This document shows, in pieces, positions 50,010-61,409 of a stretch of 64,000 bases of DNA. Every line of letters starts with the position of its first letter. Position 1 is the stretch's first letter. A program made the position numbers and the translations under genes. This stretch comes from Zootoca vivipara (taxonomy: Eukaryota), in NCBI RefSeq assembly GCF_963506605.1, contig NC_083278.1, positions 9,238,001 through 9,302,000 of the forward strand. The letters run 5' to 3'. Under the pieces are notes generated by a model. It did no database searches. It was given only the letters and a program-made list of their open reading frames with translations, and was not told the DNA's origin.

Positions 50010-51731
50010 AGAAGTAGCATTATGAGTTGCTGAATGTAGACGCTGTGTTGTGCCAAGCAGCGATCTGCTATAGCTTACTAATGGCTTGCATATACAATAA
50101 GCAGACATGCAAACTCATCACATAAAAGTTGTTTCCCAACAGAGAAATAATTTCTGTGAACAAAGCCCCATAAGCGAAGCGCTGGGCTTTGGAAGGAGGT
50201 GTGTGACTCTGAAAGCCTAGTTAGCACTTTCACAGCTTTGGGAAGGAAGCAGGAGGGTTCTCGGACTCTTGCCAGCATTCTTGTACCTCCTTTCCAAAGC
50301 CAGGTGCCTCCTTACTCACCTTTGGGAAAGCACTGTGAGGGCTGGGGGTGCACTGTGGCCTTGTAGAGGGTGCCATAGTACCCAAGTCCATCACTGTGTG
50401 TGTGTGTGTGTCTAAAAATCGGAATACTTGCAGCAGGGGAGCAAATAGGTATGAAGCAAGCTCTGACAAAAGAATCTACAGCTGCTGAGACAAGGTGCAA
50501 TATTTCAATTTTCAGGTTTGGCTCTTGTTATTTTCCCTCTCCAATACTGATACAACTTTTGGGGAAAGTATATATTCTATTTGAATTACGGGAGAATAGA
50601 ATGGAAAAAAGAAGTTGGGGAAGTATTACATGAAACCACCCTCATAATCTCATCTGGGAATGCATGCCAATCTCTGCCTTAGAATACAAATGATGCCAAT
50701 GTGGTAATGTCACAGCAGGTCATAATTTTAAAGCCCCTTTAATCTAGATCCCTATTTTAATACACAAAACATGAGGAAATGAAGATCTGCCATCAGCTGT
50801 CTTGTAGTTTAATCTTTCTTAGATAAAAAAGGTTTGTCACCTAGCTTTTACATTCTCAGTACGTATTGGTTTAATTCAAAGTACACAAATGCTTAATATT
50901 ATCATGCTTTACATTTAAATGTCGATAATTAATGAACGGTATTAGTTAAAACTTCCAATATTTGTGATTCATTCTTATACTTGCTTTGAAAGCTTTCTAC
51001 CATCTTTCCAATTTGCATTTTAGATTGAAATGTGAAGCTTTCAATCAGAGCTTTTCAACATAGGCCCAAGAAGATGAGACACACTTTTAACTTAATAGTC
51101 TACTGATTCATTAAAGTTTGAGTTTCTGCCTCGGTAAAATTGAAGTAGCAAACAGGGTGTCTTTTGAATTTGCTTCCTGAAGCACTAGATGTAATCTTAA
51201 CAGTACAGGATTTTCTTAGATTTATTCCCCCTGCTGTGACCTAAGAGCCTATCAAAACCTGCTTTTTTATCTTAGCCTTGACAGTTCTATTCTGTGTTGT
51301 CAATCCTAAAGCTATTTATCCCATTCTTAAAAGTTTCAAAGCAGCTGTTGTAAATTAAGAGTGTTTAATACATGTACATATAACAAGATAAAAACTTAAA
51401 ATATATTTCAGTTAAGTAATTAAAAACTTTTTTGGGGGAAGAGTGAAAACAGACAGGTGGAAATAGGAGTAAAAGCAGTATTTAAGATTAAATCTGTGTC
51501 ATGTTTTTTTAGCTGAACAGCATTTATCCATTTTGTATTTTAATTGATTTGTTATATATGCCTTGAGAGCTGCCCAGAGGGCTTATGCTGTGAAGCAGCT
51601 GTATAAATTTAGAATGTGTATGTGTATAGTTTATACAGACACTCAGTGCTATTGTACTGCCTTATTGTTTAATAAAAATGTGGTTGAGAAAACCAATGAA
51701 TGCCATTTTAAGGAAATAAAGACTGACTCAC

Positions 51732-51883
51732 TCTGATCATCAGCACTGCTTTTCTGATGTCACGAATTCCATCGTATACCAATCGAGAAGCATCAATGAA
51801 TTCATTTTCATCCATTGGTTGAGCAGGGTCAGAACTCAGTGCTTCTACAGCAGCTTCTACTTGTTCAGTAAAACGTGGCATAA
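51732..51883 (-). CDS. CTNNA1: Catenin alpha-1 exon 13 (152 nt)
   Basis: MPRFTEQVEAAVEALSSDPAQPMDENEFIDASRLVYDGIRDIRKAVLMIR; ctttag acceptor and gtgagt donor. Confidence 0.97.
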
Positions 51884-52438
51884 CTAAAGAACACAAGGGG
51901 GGGGGGACATTCCGCTTACCAGAATACAATAAAATTTGTGGCTCTTAGCATGCACATTCTGCAGTAACACAATACTGAAATGCAGTTTTATAATCCACAA
52001 ACATTATTGGTACAACTGTTCTTTCATTGAAATGTTACAAATCACACACATTCAGATTTCCTAACCGTATCCCTACAAAGGCCATATAATACACACAGGA
52101 CAGACACTTAAGAAAGGTGGGGATGTGACTACATTCATGCTAGTTTTGTACATTAATTGTATTGTGCATTTGAAATGTGTACATATGAAAAAGTTTTGCC
52201 ATGAGACATGATGATGTTGACCACTCAGAAAACCTGAGTTGCTTGGTGGTATACAAATGTCATTAATAAACGGGTCGGTGCGTTCACCAGAAGGTTGGTG
52301 ATTTGCTTCCACCTGCCTAGGTCTGGCTCTGGAAAGGATTCCTGCATTGAAAGAGGTTGGTCTAGAATGACCCTTGGGATCACTTTCCAACTCTACAATT
52401 CTATGGCTGCTAATAAAAGTTATTTTGTTGGGCCATAT

Positions 52439-52514
52439 AAATAATACTAATTCGTTAAGATACGGTTAGTATGACAAAATAATACTAATTCGTTAAGATA
52501 CGGTTAGTATGACA
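52439..52514 (+). repeat. 38-bp exact tandem duplication
   Basis: aaataatactaattcgttaagatacggttagtatgaca x2. Confidence 0.9.
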
Positions 52515-53864
52515 AAAACATGAGCAAGAAAATGGAAAGTCTGCCAGTGCAACAAATGCAGGATTAGATTACAGGTTCTCACATATGGCCTCAGTGGTGA
52601 GCCTAACACCATTGCTACAGAAGGAGGAAGAGCATGGTGAAATAAATACTTTCCTAAATAAGAGGTCAAATTGAGACTTATAAAGATCCTTTAATGCTTT
52701 ATAAAATAACGTATATTCAATTTTGCATTTCTTGCCCTGAGTCCTGGCTACACCTGCTCTCTGCTTTGCTGGTCAATTTCCACCTGACCTGGGGGTGCGG
52801 GGTCCAGACCAAGGCAGTTGCTGAAGGTACCAGGGACCTTCTTGCTGTCAGTCCAGAAAAGGATGCTGCTAAGGTGCTTAGAGACTATAAGGGTGGGGTT
52901 GCTCTTGGGGGCCAAGATTTAATTTTGGGGATCCATCGTATTTTCAAGATTATGCTTCTGTATTTTGTTGTTAGACATTATAATGGGATTATATAATTTT
53001 ATTGAATATTTCTTAAGGAAATGTTTTCATCAACGTTGTGAGCTCCCTTCAGCATAGTTTACTATGGAAATGCAGCATACAAATACATGGTGTTGATGAT
53101 GATAATTAAGGAAATTTTAAGTAGCCACAGTGATCTGCAATGAAGCATTAAAAATGCTGACTCCAAATGTACTGTGTGTTACCAAGATCATCATTGCGGA
53201 AGAGGAATGCAGGATAGTGATACTGGAACTTGGTGTTGGAGCAAAATGGAACTAATCAGTCTGCCAGAAGGATTCTGCCTCATGTGTCATCAGTACCACC
53301 AGAGACGTTTGATGGTACAAACTATACTGTGGCTCTGCACGAAGACGCATTGGCAAATTATTTTAAGCTCAAGCTACTAACTAGCACACACGGCACTGTT
53401 CATAGTGCTCTAGGATTGAATATAGTAGTCATATGGCACTAAGAAATCCCTCTGAATGAGGATATTGATTTTATGATTAATTCATCTTAATTCAAGGTCA
53501 AAAAGAACTAATTGTCTGCTGTGGTTTTATGCATGGACAGAGTGGTCATAAACAATTCCTTCTGTTTGCATTTTACAGTTCAACAGAGTATCAGACTTGC
53601 TTCCAGACCAGAAACGTATTGGGTGTGTATGTTAAAATTAATGATATTTTAAATTTACCAATTACAGTTCCGCTTAGCTCTCACCTGTGACTTTACATTT
53701 TTTTCTTTCAAGAGAGGAAACTTGTTCTGTTAGGACATGCATTTTAGTACTGCAAGCCAGTAATTTCCTAGTGATTATATCCCAGGGATGGGATGTTGAC
53801 TTATTGACTGGTGGAACTTCTAGTTCAACAACATCTGAAGACTCTCAGGTCTCCATGACAGCTA

Positions 53865-54199
53865 CAGTGGAACCTCGGTTTATGAACACCTCGGTTTACG
53901 AATTTTCGGTTTACGAACGCCGCAGACCCATCTGGAATGGATTAATTCACTTTCCATTACTTTCAATGGGAAAGTTCGCTTCAGTTTATGAACGCTTCAG
54001 TTTATGAACAGATTTCCGGAACCAATTACACCCATGCTTCGGGTTAAGTACGCTTCAGGTTGAGCACTCTGCGGACCCGCCTGGAACGGATTAATCCACT
54101 TTCCATTACTTTCAATGGGAAAGTTCACTTCAGTTTATGAACGCTTCAGTTTATGAACAGACTTCCGGAACCAATTGTGTCCATAAACCGAGGTACCAT
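53865..54199. mobile_element. Tigger-like MITE with internal tandem duplication
   Basis: TA|CAGTGGAACCTCGGTTTATG ... CATAAACCGAGGTACCA. Confidence 0.8.
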
Positions 54200-54382
54200 G
54201 GGGCTCACAATGGATAAACAGACCCACATTTCAAGCAAATATTCCAGCAAAACACTAGATTTAGCACTGAGGTTTAAACAGTTAATAAATTTGCTGTACC
54301 TACCGACACCAAGTTGTAAGCAGAAAGCACTGAACAGGGTAAGTATCTGAAATTAAAAGCCTGATGAGGTAGTTTATCTTAC

Positions 54383-54583
54383 CTGTGTTTGACAGCAGCT
54401 TTGTTGCATCCAGAACCTTTTCTGTATACACTCCAGGTTCATAATTATCCATTTCAGAAGTGACAACATGAATTACTCTAGCTGCACGACCACGAATTGC
54501 ACCAGCAGTGCGATCTAAGCCATCAACATCTTTTTCTTGGAGAGCAATGACACATTTGTTTACATCTTCCAGAATATGATTCT
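54383..54583 (-). CDS. CTNNA1: Catenin alpha-1 exon 12 (201 nt)
   Basis: NHILEDVNKCVIALQEKDVDGLDRTAGAIRGRAARVIHVVTSEMDNYEPGVYTEKVLDATKLLSNT; accag acceptor and gtaaga donor. Confidence 0.97.
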
Positions 54584-55754
54584 CTGGTAGTAAAATAGAA
54601 CAGAGCAGAATTCAAAATTAACATTTCGCCCTATGTTGGTGTATAACAGCATCAGCACGGAGCGTGAGGAGGATTGGTCAAGGCTGTGAAGAATCCCAAG
54701 TCTTTTGTTGTTACGTGTTGAGCACAAAATGCAGCAATTAATAAAAAGTTCAATTAAGAAAAAAATCCTCTATACCCCCATTTCATGACTGAAGGAAATT
54801 GTAATCATTCACCAGTTCAAAGTCTATTTTATTTGCGATACGGACGTGAAATAAGTCACATTCCAATCAACATTCTAAAACAGGGGTGGGAAACTTTAAT
54901 TCCTTTCTCCATCCTGTTGAGAACCTCATTCCCTCAGTGATAGTCTGCTGAGGGCAGCAGATCACTTGCAGAGGGCTCCCCTGTGTCTTTCCCTCGCGTT
55001 ATCCTGTTCTGCTCTCCTTCCTGCTCTCTTCCCTCTAGGTTCCCCACACCGGCAGAAAACCAAGCCAAGGGCCACAGGTTCCACCACCCCTCTTCTAAAA
55101 AGTTTTATAGATCAAATTGGACAACAAAGTGAGAGGTGCAGACAAAATCAAATACCTAAGAACATTCTTAGTAATTTGATGGGAATTTGATGGGAAGATA
55201 ATACTTTTCACTTTCCTACATCTACTTCTTCAGGAAACAAAACATCTTTCTGAAGCCCGATAAAGATGAAGATGCTCAAGTTCTTATTGCCAATCATTTG
55301 TCCATGTTCCTCGGGCAGCTCTGACAATTTCACGCTTTATGGTGCTCAATTTTCCAGATACTTCTGGCACTGAAGGTATTAAATATTTGCACTGAAGCGG
55401 TATGCTCCTTTATGGAAAAGTGAGACATGTACTACAAGAAAGATTTTTCCTCTTCCTTTTGATATTCACCCCTCATTCCAAATCCTCACACATGTTCCTA
55501 TTCTTGACATTAAGCCATTCTGAAATAGTCTAATGTTAATCAGAAGTATACAAAGCGGGAGCCAGGCCACCACACACGGCCTTTGCAAACCACTTGTTTC
55601 AAGTTTCCACTGTCTTTCAAAGGGCACCTTTGGAGAGCAACTTTATGCAGCCATTAGCTATGTAACAAACATTATTCAGCAAAGAGCAAATGAATGAATG
55701 CAGAATGAAGATTAAGAAACTGGGGGTGCAGAACAGTTAGGACAGGGGATTCTT

Positions 55755-56119
55755 AAGGTAAAGGTAAAGGGCCCCTGACCATCAGGTCCAGTTGTGTCCG
55801 ACTCTGGGGTTGCGGCACTCATCTCGCTCTATAGGCCAAGGGAGCCGGCGTTTGTCCGCAGACAGCTTCCAGGTCATGTGGCCAGCATGACAAAGCTGTT
55901 TCTGGCGAACCAGAGCAGCACACGGAAATGCCGTTTACCTTCCCGCCGGAGCGGTCCCTATTTATCTACTTGCATTTTGACATGCTTTCGAACTGCTAGG
56001 TGGGCAGGAGCTGGGACCGAGCAACGGGAGCTCACCCCGTTGCAGGGATTCGAACCGCCGACCTTCTGATCAGCAAGCCCTAGGTTCTGTGGTTTAACCC
56101 ACAGCGCCACCTGGGTCCC
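55755..56119 (-). mobile_element. Sauria SINE
   Basis: Full-length head and (ACCTTT)n tail. Confidence 0.9.
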
Positions 56120-58190
56120 TAGGGAGTCCCTAGTATAAAATCCAGAGACTGAATCCAGTGAAAGTGGATGTGCAGCACCAGGTTCCAACCTCCTCAGCTT
56201 CACTCTGTCATCGGCTAAAGTGTCTGTCTCTTCCACCCTGGCCGATGCTTTTAGGAAAGATCTTTATAGAGCGCTGTTAACAAAATAAATAAATAAATAA
56301 ATAAAGGAAGGAAGGAAGGAACTAATTATTAATGGAAGGGAAGGAAAGGCTATATTACAGTGAGAAACCCTTTGAGCAGAAGCAGGTAGGAATAGTCAGA
56401 CTGTCCTCCACAGCCCCAGAGAAGAAAAGGCTGCAGTTGTAGGCATCTTAGCTTGGCAGTAGCAAGATAGTAACTACTGCTGAAGTCTGCCATAAGGCTG
56501 GGCTGCAAGTTTGCGTGTGTGGCAAGGCACAGTGGAAAATGTGGAAAACGGCTACAAACTCACATAACATACGTTTTCAACACCTCATTCTCTACAGCAG
56601 CTCTATATAAAGAAGGAGTGAGGCAGCCCAGTGGTATATTTTGCACTTCCACTACCAGGCCTGAGATCCAGAGAAGTAGCAACAGCAGCGAGGGCTTCTG
56701 TGTTGTTACCTATGCTCACAATACTTTCTAAAATTTGGATTGAGGAAATGAAGGGCTTTTAAGAAAACTTCATCTCATGGAGCTGAGGTTTACGGGAAAA
56801 GAAATGGCTGTTAATCAGTGCTGCTCCGCTATAGTCCCTTTAACCTGTTAGTAATGCTAGACATCCGCTTCAGTACAAGCCTGACATTCTACCACAACAT
56901 AGCCATAGCTGAAGAAAAGAGCTGTTCTAGTGGCCTGGTATACTTCTTTATTTACATAAATCTATGTTGAACACCAACCGTAAATGACTGGTGATTGTTA
57001 TCTCTAAAGTCCCTGAGGTAGTCAGACATTTTATTTTAAAAAGTAATACACAAAACCTAGCTGCAAGCTGTATGATTAATAAAATAAAGTATTCAAAATG
57101 CTGCCTGAAAGGAAATAACATGCAAATTAAAGTTGGCATACACTGTATCTTCTATCCATTTATCCAAACAATTATGTTAGCAAATAAGTCAAGCAGCATA
57201 AATAGACTAGTCTCCCAGCAATCTATAATAATTTATACAATAAACTTTGCTCTTTTGTACAAAACTGTTATCATTCAACAGCAACAAACCGTAATGATTG
57301 TCACCTTATTGTATTGTGTGCACGTAACGCAAACAGGAATTTCCAGGACAGTAGAAAATGTTTATTGGATAACAGATGTTAGGAAGTACTGTTCCATGCA
57401 CACCACAAATATGGGGGAGATGTATATATTGATGGCAGTGCTATTGGCTGTACAATATAGGTTTTCCCTATGCTTCAATTATTTGTGGAAAGGAAATGCC
57501 CCTCCCCCCCAAGACTGATGTGACCAAGAGAGTTCTGGGCTAAAACAGCTGTGGTTGCCTGCAAATGTCTGCCTCAATGTGTTCACAGACCTCAGAAGAC
57601 TGGATGATCTTATTGGAAAGCTTTCCTCCTGTTTTAGTTTTGTTTTTCTCCTCCTACAGGACTGATAAAGAGCATATCTACACCTCTTCTATATTTATAT
57701 ATCGACATCTTCACCATCCATTTTCATTTACTTCACGCAACTGATGAAATACAGTAAGCCTGCAACTTATGCAGGGGTTACGTTCCAGGGATAACGCCTA
57801 AAGTCAAAATTGCGAATAGTCAAAACACATGGGGTTCAATGTCAGGTGGATTGTCTGTCTTTTTGCCCCAGACACCCATCTACTGTTTTGTTTTTTGCCA
57901 AGAACGTAAAGATAGGGCTGCCAAATTTTGAAGGGTTTCCACCCCGAACAATCCTTCCTACTCCAGGTATGTCCAGGACGTATGGCAACCTTATTAAAGA
58001 TATATGTGCACAAGCTAAATGCTGTAGACTCTTGCCTACAAAAGCTTGTGCTGCCACCATATTACATTCTTTGTTGCAGCAAACCAGCAATGCTATTCAC
58101 AGAATTCAAGAGGATATTCCAGTACCACTGTAGCAGGATAAACAATGAAGCTAAACATAAAAGAAATCTTAGCATTCTGCAGCCCATTAC

Positions 58191-58347
58191 CTGATACTGC
58201 CAGAAAGTCATCAATGGAAGTGATATCATCCACAGCATCTGTAAGCACACGAACTTGCTTTTCCCACTGTTCTTTAAACATCTCCATGTTTTCTTGAGCT
58301 AGCTTACTTTGTGGCTTGGCAGCCAAAGCCAAAGCTGCATTTATTAC
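58191..58347 (-). CDS. CTNNA1: Catenin alpha-1 exon 11 (157 nt)
   Basis: VINAALALAAKPQSKLAQENMEMFKEQWEKQVRVLTDAVDDITSIDDFLAVS; ttacag acceptor and gtaatg donor. Confidence 0.97.
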
Positions 58348-59043
58348 CTGTAACGCAAAACGTTTTTTTTTAAAAAACACACTATGAATTTACCAATTTT
58401 CAGATTTATGTACTAAAAATGATCTACATTTGGCAAAACTGAAAAATCAGTAGGGTGTTTTTGACTGGGGGGTGGGAACAGAGGCTACAACTGTTTTGGT
58501 TAAGGTTCCCTTGAGTTAATTCATGGCAATAATCAAACTGGGGATCTTCCTGATTAACTTTTTTGTTACAGCAGCTCTCGGTATAAAGAAAAAGCAAGAA
58601 AGACTGAGGGTTTCCCTCCCATAATTTAGATCTAAATATGTTGGGGATTGGCACAGAGTCTGCACATGTTCAACTGACTTAAATAACAATGTCATGAACA
58701 CATCTGTTTACAATTTTGTTTTCCTTCCAACGTCTAAATGGAGTATTGCCAGGCACACATTACCCCTTTGCTCAATAGAGAAACAGATGACAGAGGATAT
58801 TAGTTACCACTGATATAACAACTCACTAGAATATTTTATGTTAATAGCTTTAAGCTACCGCTGGTTTACGCTTTGTATTAAGAGATTACAATAACTTTTC
58901 TATTACGATCTGAAAAACCACCTACCTTACTGCGTTGATTTTAGCAGGCAAAATATTATTATACACACTAAAAATATATTTACACTCCGCACATTTCATG
59001 CAGAATTAAGACTATAGAATTCATAGATCCATTCATAATTTAC

Positions 59044-59136
59044 CTGAGGACAGAGGGCTTCAAGCTGGCTTGCTGACATGTGGACTAATTTCACACCTTC
59101 TTCGTTATTTGAGATAGAACAGGCCAAGTTGGCAAC
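59044..59136 (-). CDS. CTNNA1: Catenin alpha-1 exon 10 (93 nt)
   Basis: VANLACSISNNEEGVKLVHMSASQLEALCPQ; cacag acceptor and gtaaat donor. Earlier exons lie beyond the window. Confidence 0.97.
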
Positions 59137-59443
59137 CTGTGCATATGACAGAAAGGTATTTTAGGAAGGTGTTTTTGCTTCTGGAATCAAAAGCTCTTCA
59201 CAAGGAGACTGTTACAGTTTGCATGCCTTTTACAACTGGCAATAACAATTCTTAAATTACAAAAACCAAAAACACACACAAACAAACCCAAACATTTCTG
59301 AACAAGTGTTAGCATGCACCTAACACTTTCATGTATTACAACCAGGGCTAGCCTTCAAACATTTGGTCTTCCAAATTGCATGTAGTAAAAAACATTTGAA
59401 CAGACTGATTGTTATCCAATATTATTGCTTTACACCCATGTAT

Positions 59444-59631
59444 AAGACCCTGATGTTGGGAAAGATTGAGGGCACAAGGAGAAGGGGACGACAGAGGACG
59501 AGATGGTTGGACAGTGTTCTCGAAGCTACCAATATGAGTCTGACCAAACTGCGGGGGGCAGTGGAAGACAGGAGTGCCTGGCGTACTCTGGTCCATGGAG
59601 TCACGAAGAGCCGGACACGACTAAACAACAA
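59444..59631 (+). mobile_element. BovB 3' fragment
   Basis: KTLMLGKIEGTRRRGRQRTRWLD. Confidence 0.9.
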
Positions 59632-61082
59632 AGTAAGTCGGTTCATTTGGCTATTCTAAAGAAAACCTATACTTTAGCTAAAGGTGTACTGAGAGTCCCA
59701 ATCTATAGTTTCACTTAGCGATTTGGCCTCTCAGAAGCGTAGCCTTGTGTGGGAACATTCTCCACTCATGTGCAAGCAGTTTATGGGCATCCAAGACAGA
59801 ACAGAATACATTGCTGCCAATTGGTGCAGAAAAAGATGACAATTGGCTGTTTCTAGAGATTTGTTTGGAACCTTGAGCTGCTAACTAGAGACAAGTCCTT
59901 CCATTTGCTTTCTAGAAGGGAAATGAAAGGGCACATAAAAAACTATGTTATTTTTAAGTGAAAATGTTCTATATCTTGGAACCTGTTCTCGGAGGAGGGA
60001 TTCTAAGAGGGTTTGTAGTTATTAACTGACAGGTGAATGACAGCTTGTTATTTAAAGCCTACATTTGCGCACAGAAATATGTAAAAATTAGTACAAAGAC
60101 AAGAACAGTGCGTTCCATCCCACTATAAGCAGCAAAATTTCGCCTCTTTCTAGCAAGGAGCCAGCCAAAGGAAGCCTAAACTCTGGTTAGTAAACAGGTG
60201 GTTTCTTGTAAAGATTTATATTAAAAGCATTTTAATGTGTTTTGTTAAAGAAACACAGACATTGTCATGGAAGGAAAGCCAAAGTTTTTGCTGTCAGGAC
60301 TTGAAACCAGGCAGAACCGGAGCCATAAGTATAAAGACTTCTAGTTATTTTCAGGGATCTTTGCACCCATTTGTACTTTTATCTATGCTTTCATAAGAAT
60401 CATATTGTATAGATTAGGTATTTTGAACAGTGACAGAACTAAATGGCTCGTTAACAAAGTTGTTCATAAAGAATTTTACATTTTTTAAAAAAATCAAAGC
60501 TCTATGTTAGCATTATTTTCAAGTTTATTATAAAGACAAGTGTATTATCTACTGTGAATCTCTGTCACCAACCCTATTATTAACTGCTAGGAGAGATGAG
60601 TCTACAGAACTAAAAATAAACAAGCTTTTTTGTTACATTAAAACACACACATGCTAACTTTATTAAGAGCAAATCTGTGGAACACAAGCATGGAAGGATT
60701 GTTTTTGTTCATCCTTCTCCTTGCTATTTGGAGACTTTTTTGGGCATAGAGAAAATAGCAAGAAATGTAGATTTTCTTCTTTCTAACTGAGTGAATGTTT
60801 TGTTGACCTTCCAAATTCTTTTTCTTACATTAATACCCTCCTGACCTAGAACTCAAGGCAGTCACCCGTCCAGGAGATGACCTAGATGGTTTGAATAACA
60901 GGGTTGGCTATTCTAGAAAAGGCAAAAATCAGCTGTACATTGGAAAGACAAGTCTGGAATTACTGCCTTAAAAAGAACACAAACATTTGGTAATACCTTT
61001 GAAGATAAAGGCTTTGTTACTCTTTTGACAGTTTTATCAAATTCAAACCTCATGTTCTAATCTTAAAAGCTTAATAGGTTTG

Positions 61083-61409
61083 TACACTGCAAGAAGATCA
61101 AACCTATCCATTCTGAAGGAAATCAGCCCTGAGTGCTCACTGGAAGGACAGATTGTGAAGCTGAGGCTCCAATACTTTGGCCACCTCATGAGAAGAGAAG
61201 AATCCTTGGAAAAGACCCTGATGTTGGGAAAGATTGAGGGCACTAGGAGAAGGGGACGACAGAGGACGAGATGGTTGGACAGTGTTCTCGAAGCTACGAA
61301 CATGAGTTTGACCAAACTGCGGGAGGCAGTGCAAGACAGGAGTGCCTGGCGTGCTATGGTCCATGGGGTCATGAAGAGTCGGACACGACTAAACGACTAA
61401 ACAACAACA
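61083..61409 (+). mobile_element. BovB 3' fragment
   Basis: TARRSNLSILKEISPECSLEG...KSRTRLND; (CAA)n tail. Confidence 0.9.

Noticed and set aside
49474-50056. Poly-Lys and poly-Phe ORFs
   Set aside because: Translations of the T/A tracts of the retroinsertion.
56991-57518. 175-aa ORF antisense within CTNNA1 intron 11
   Set aside because: No recognisable domain and a non-ATG start. It is not LRRTM2, which is expected in the large intron 7 outside the window.
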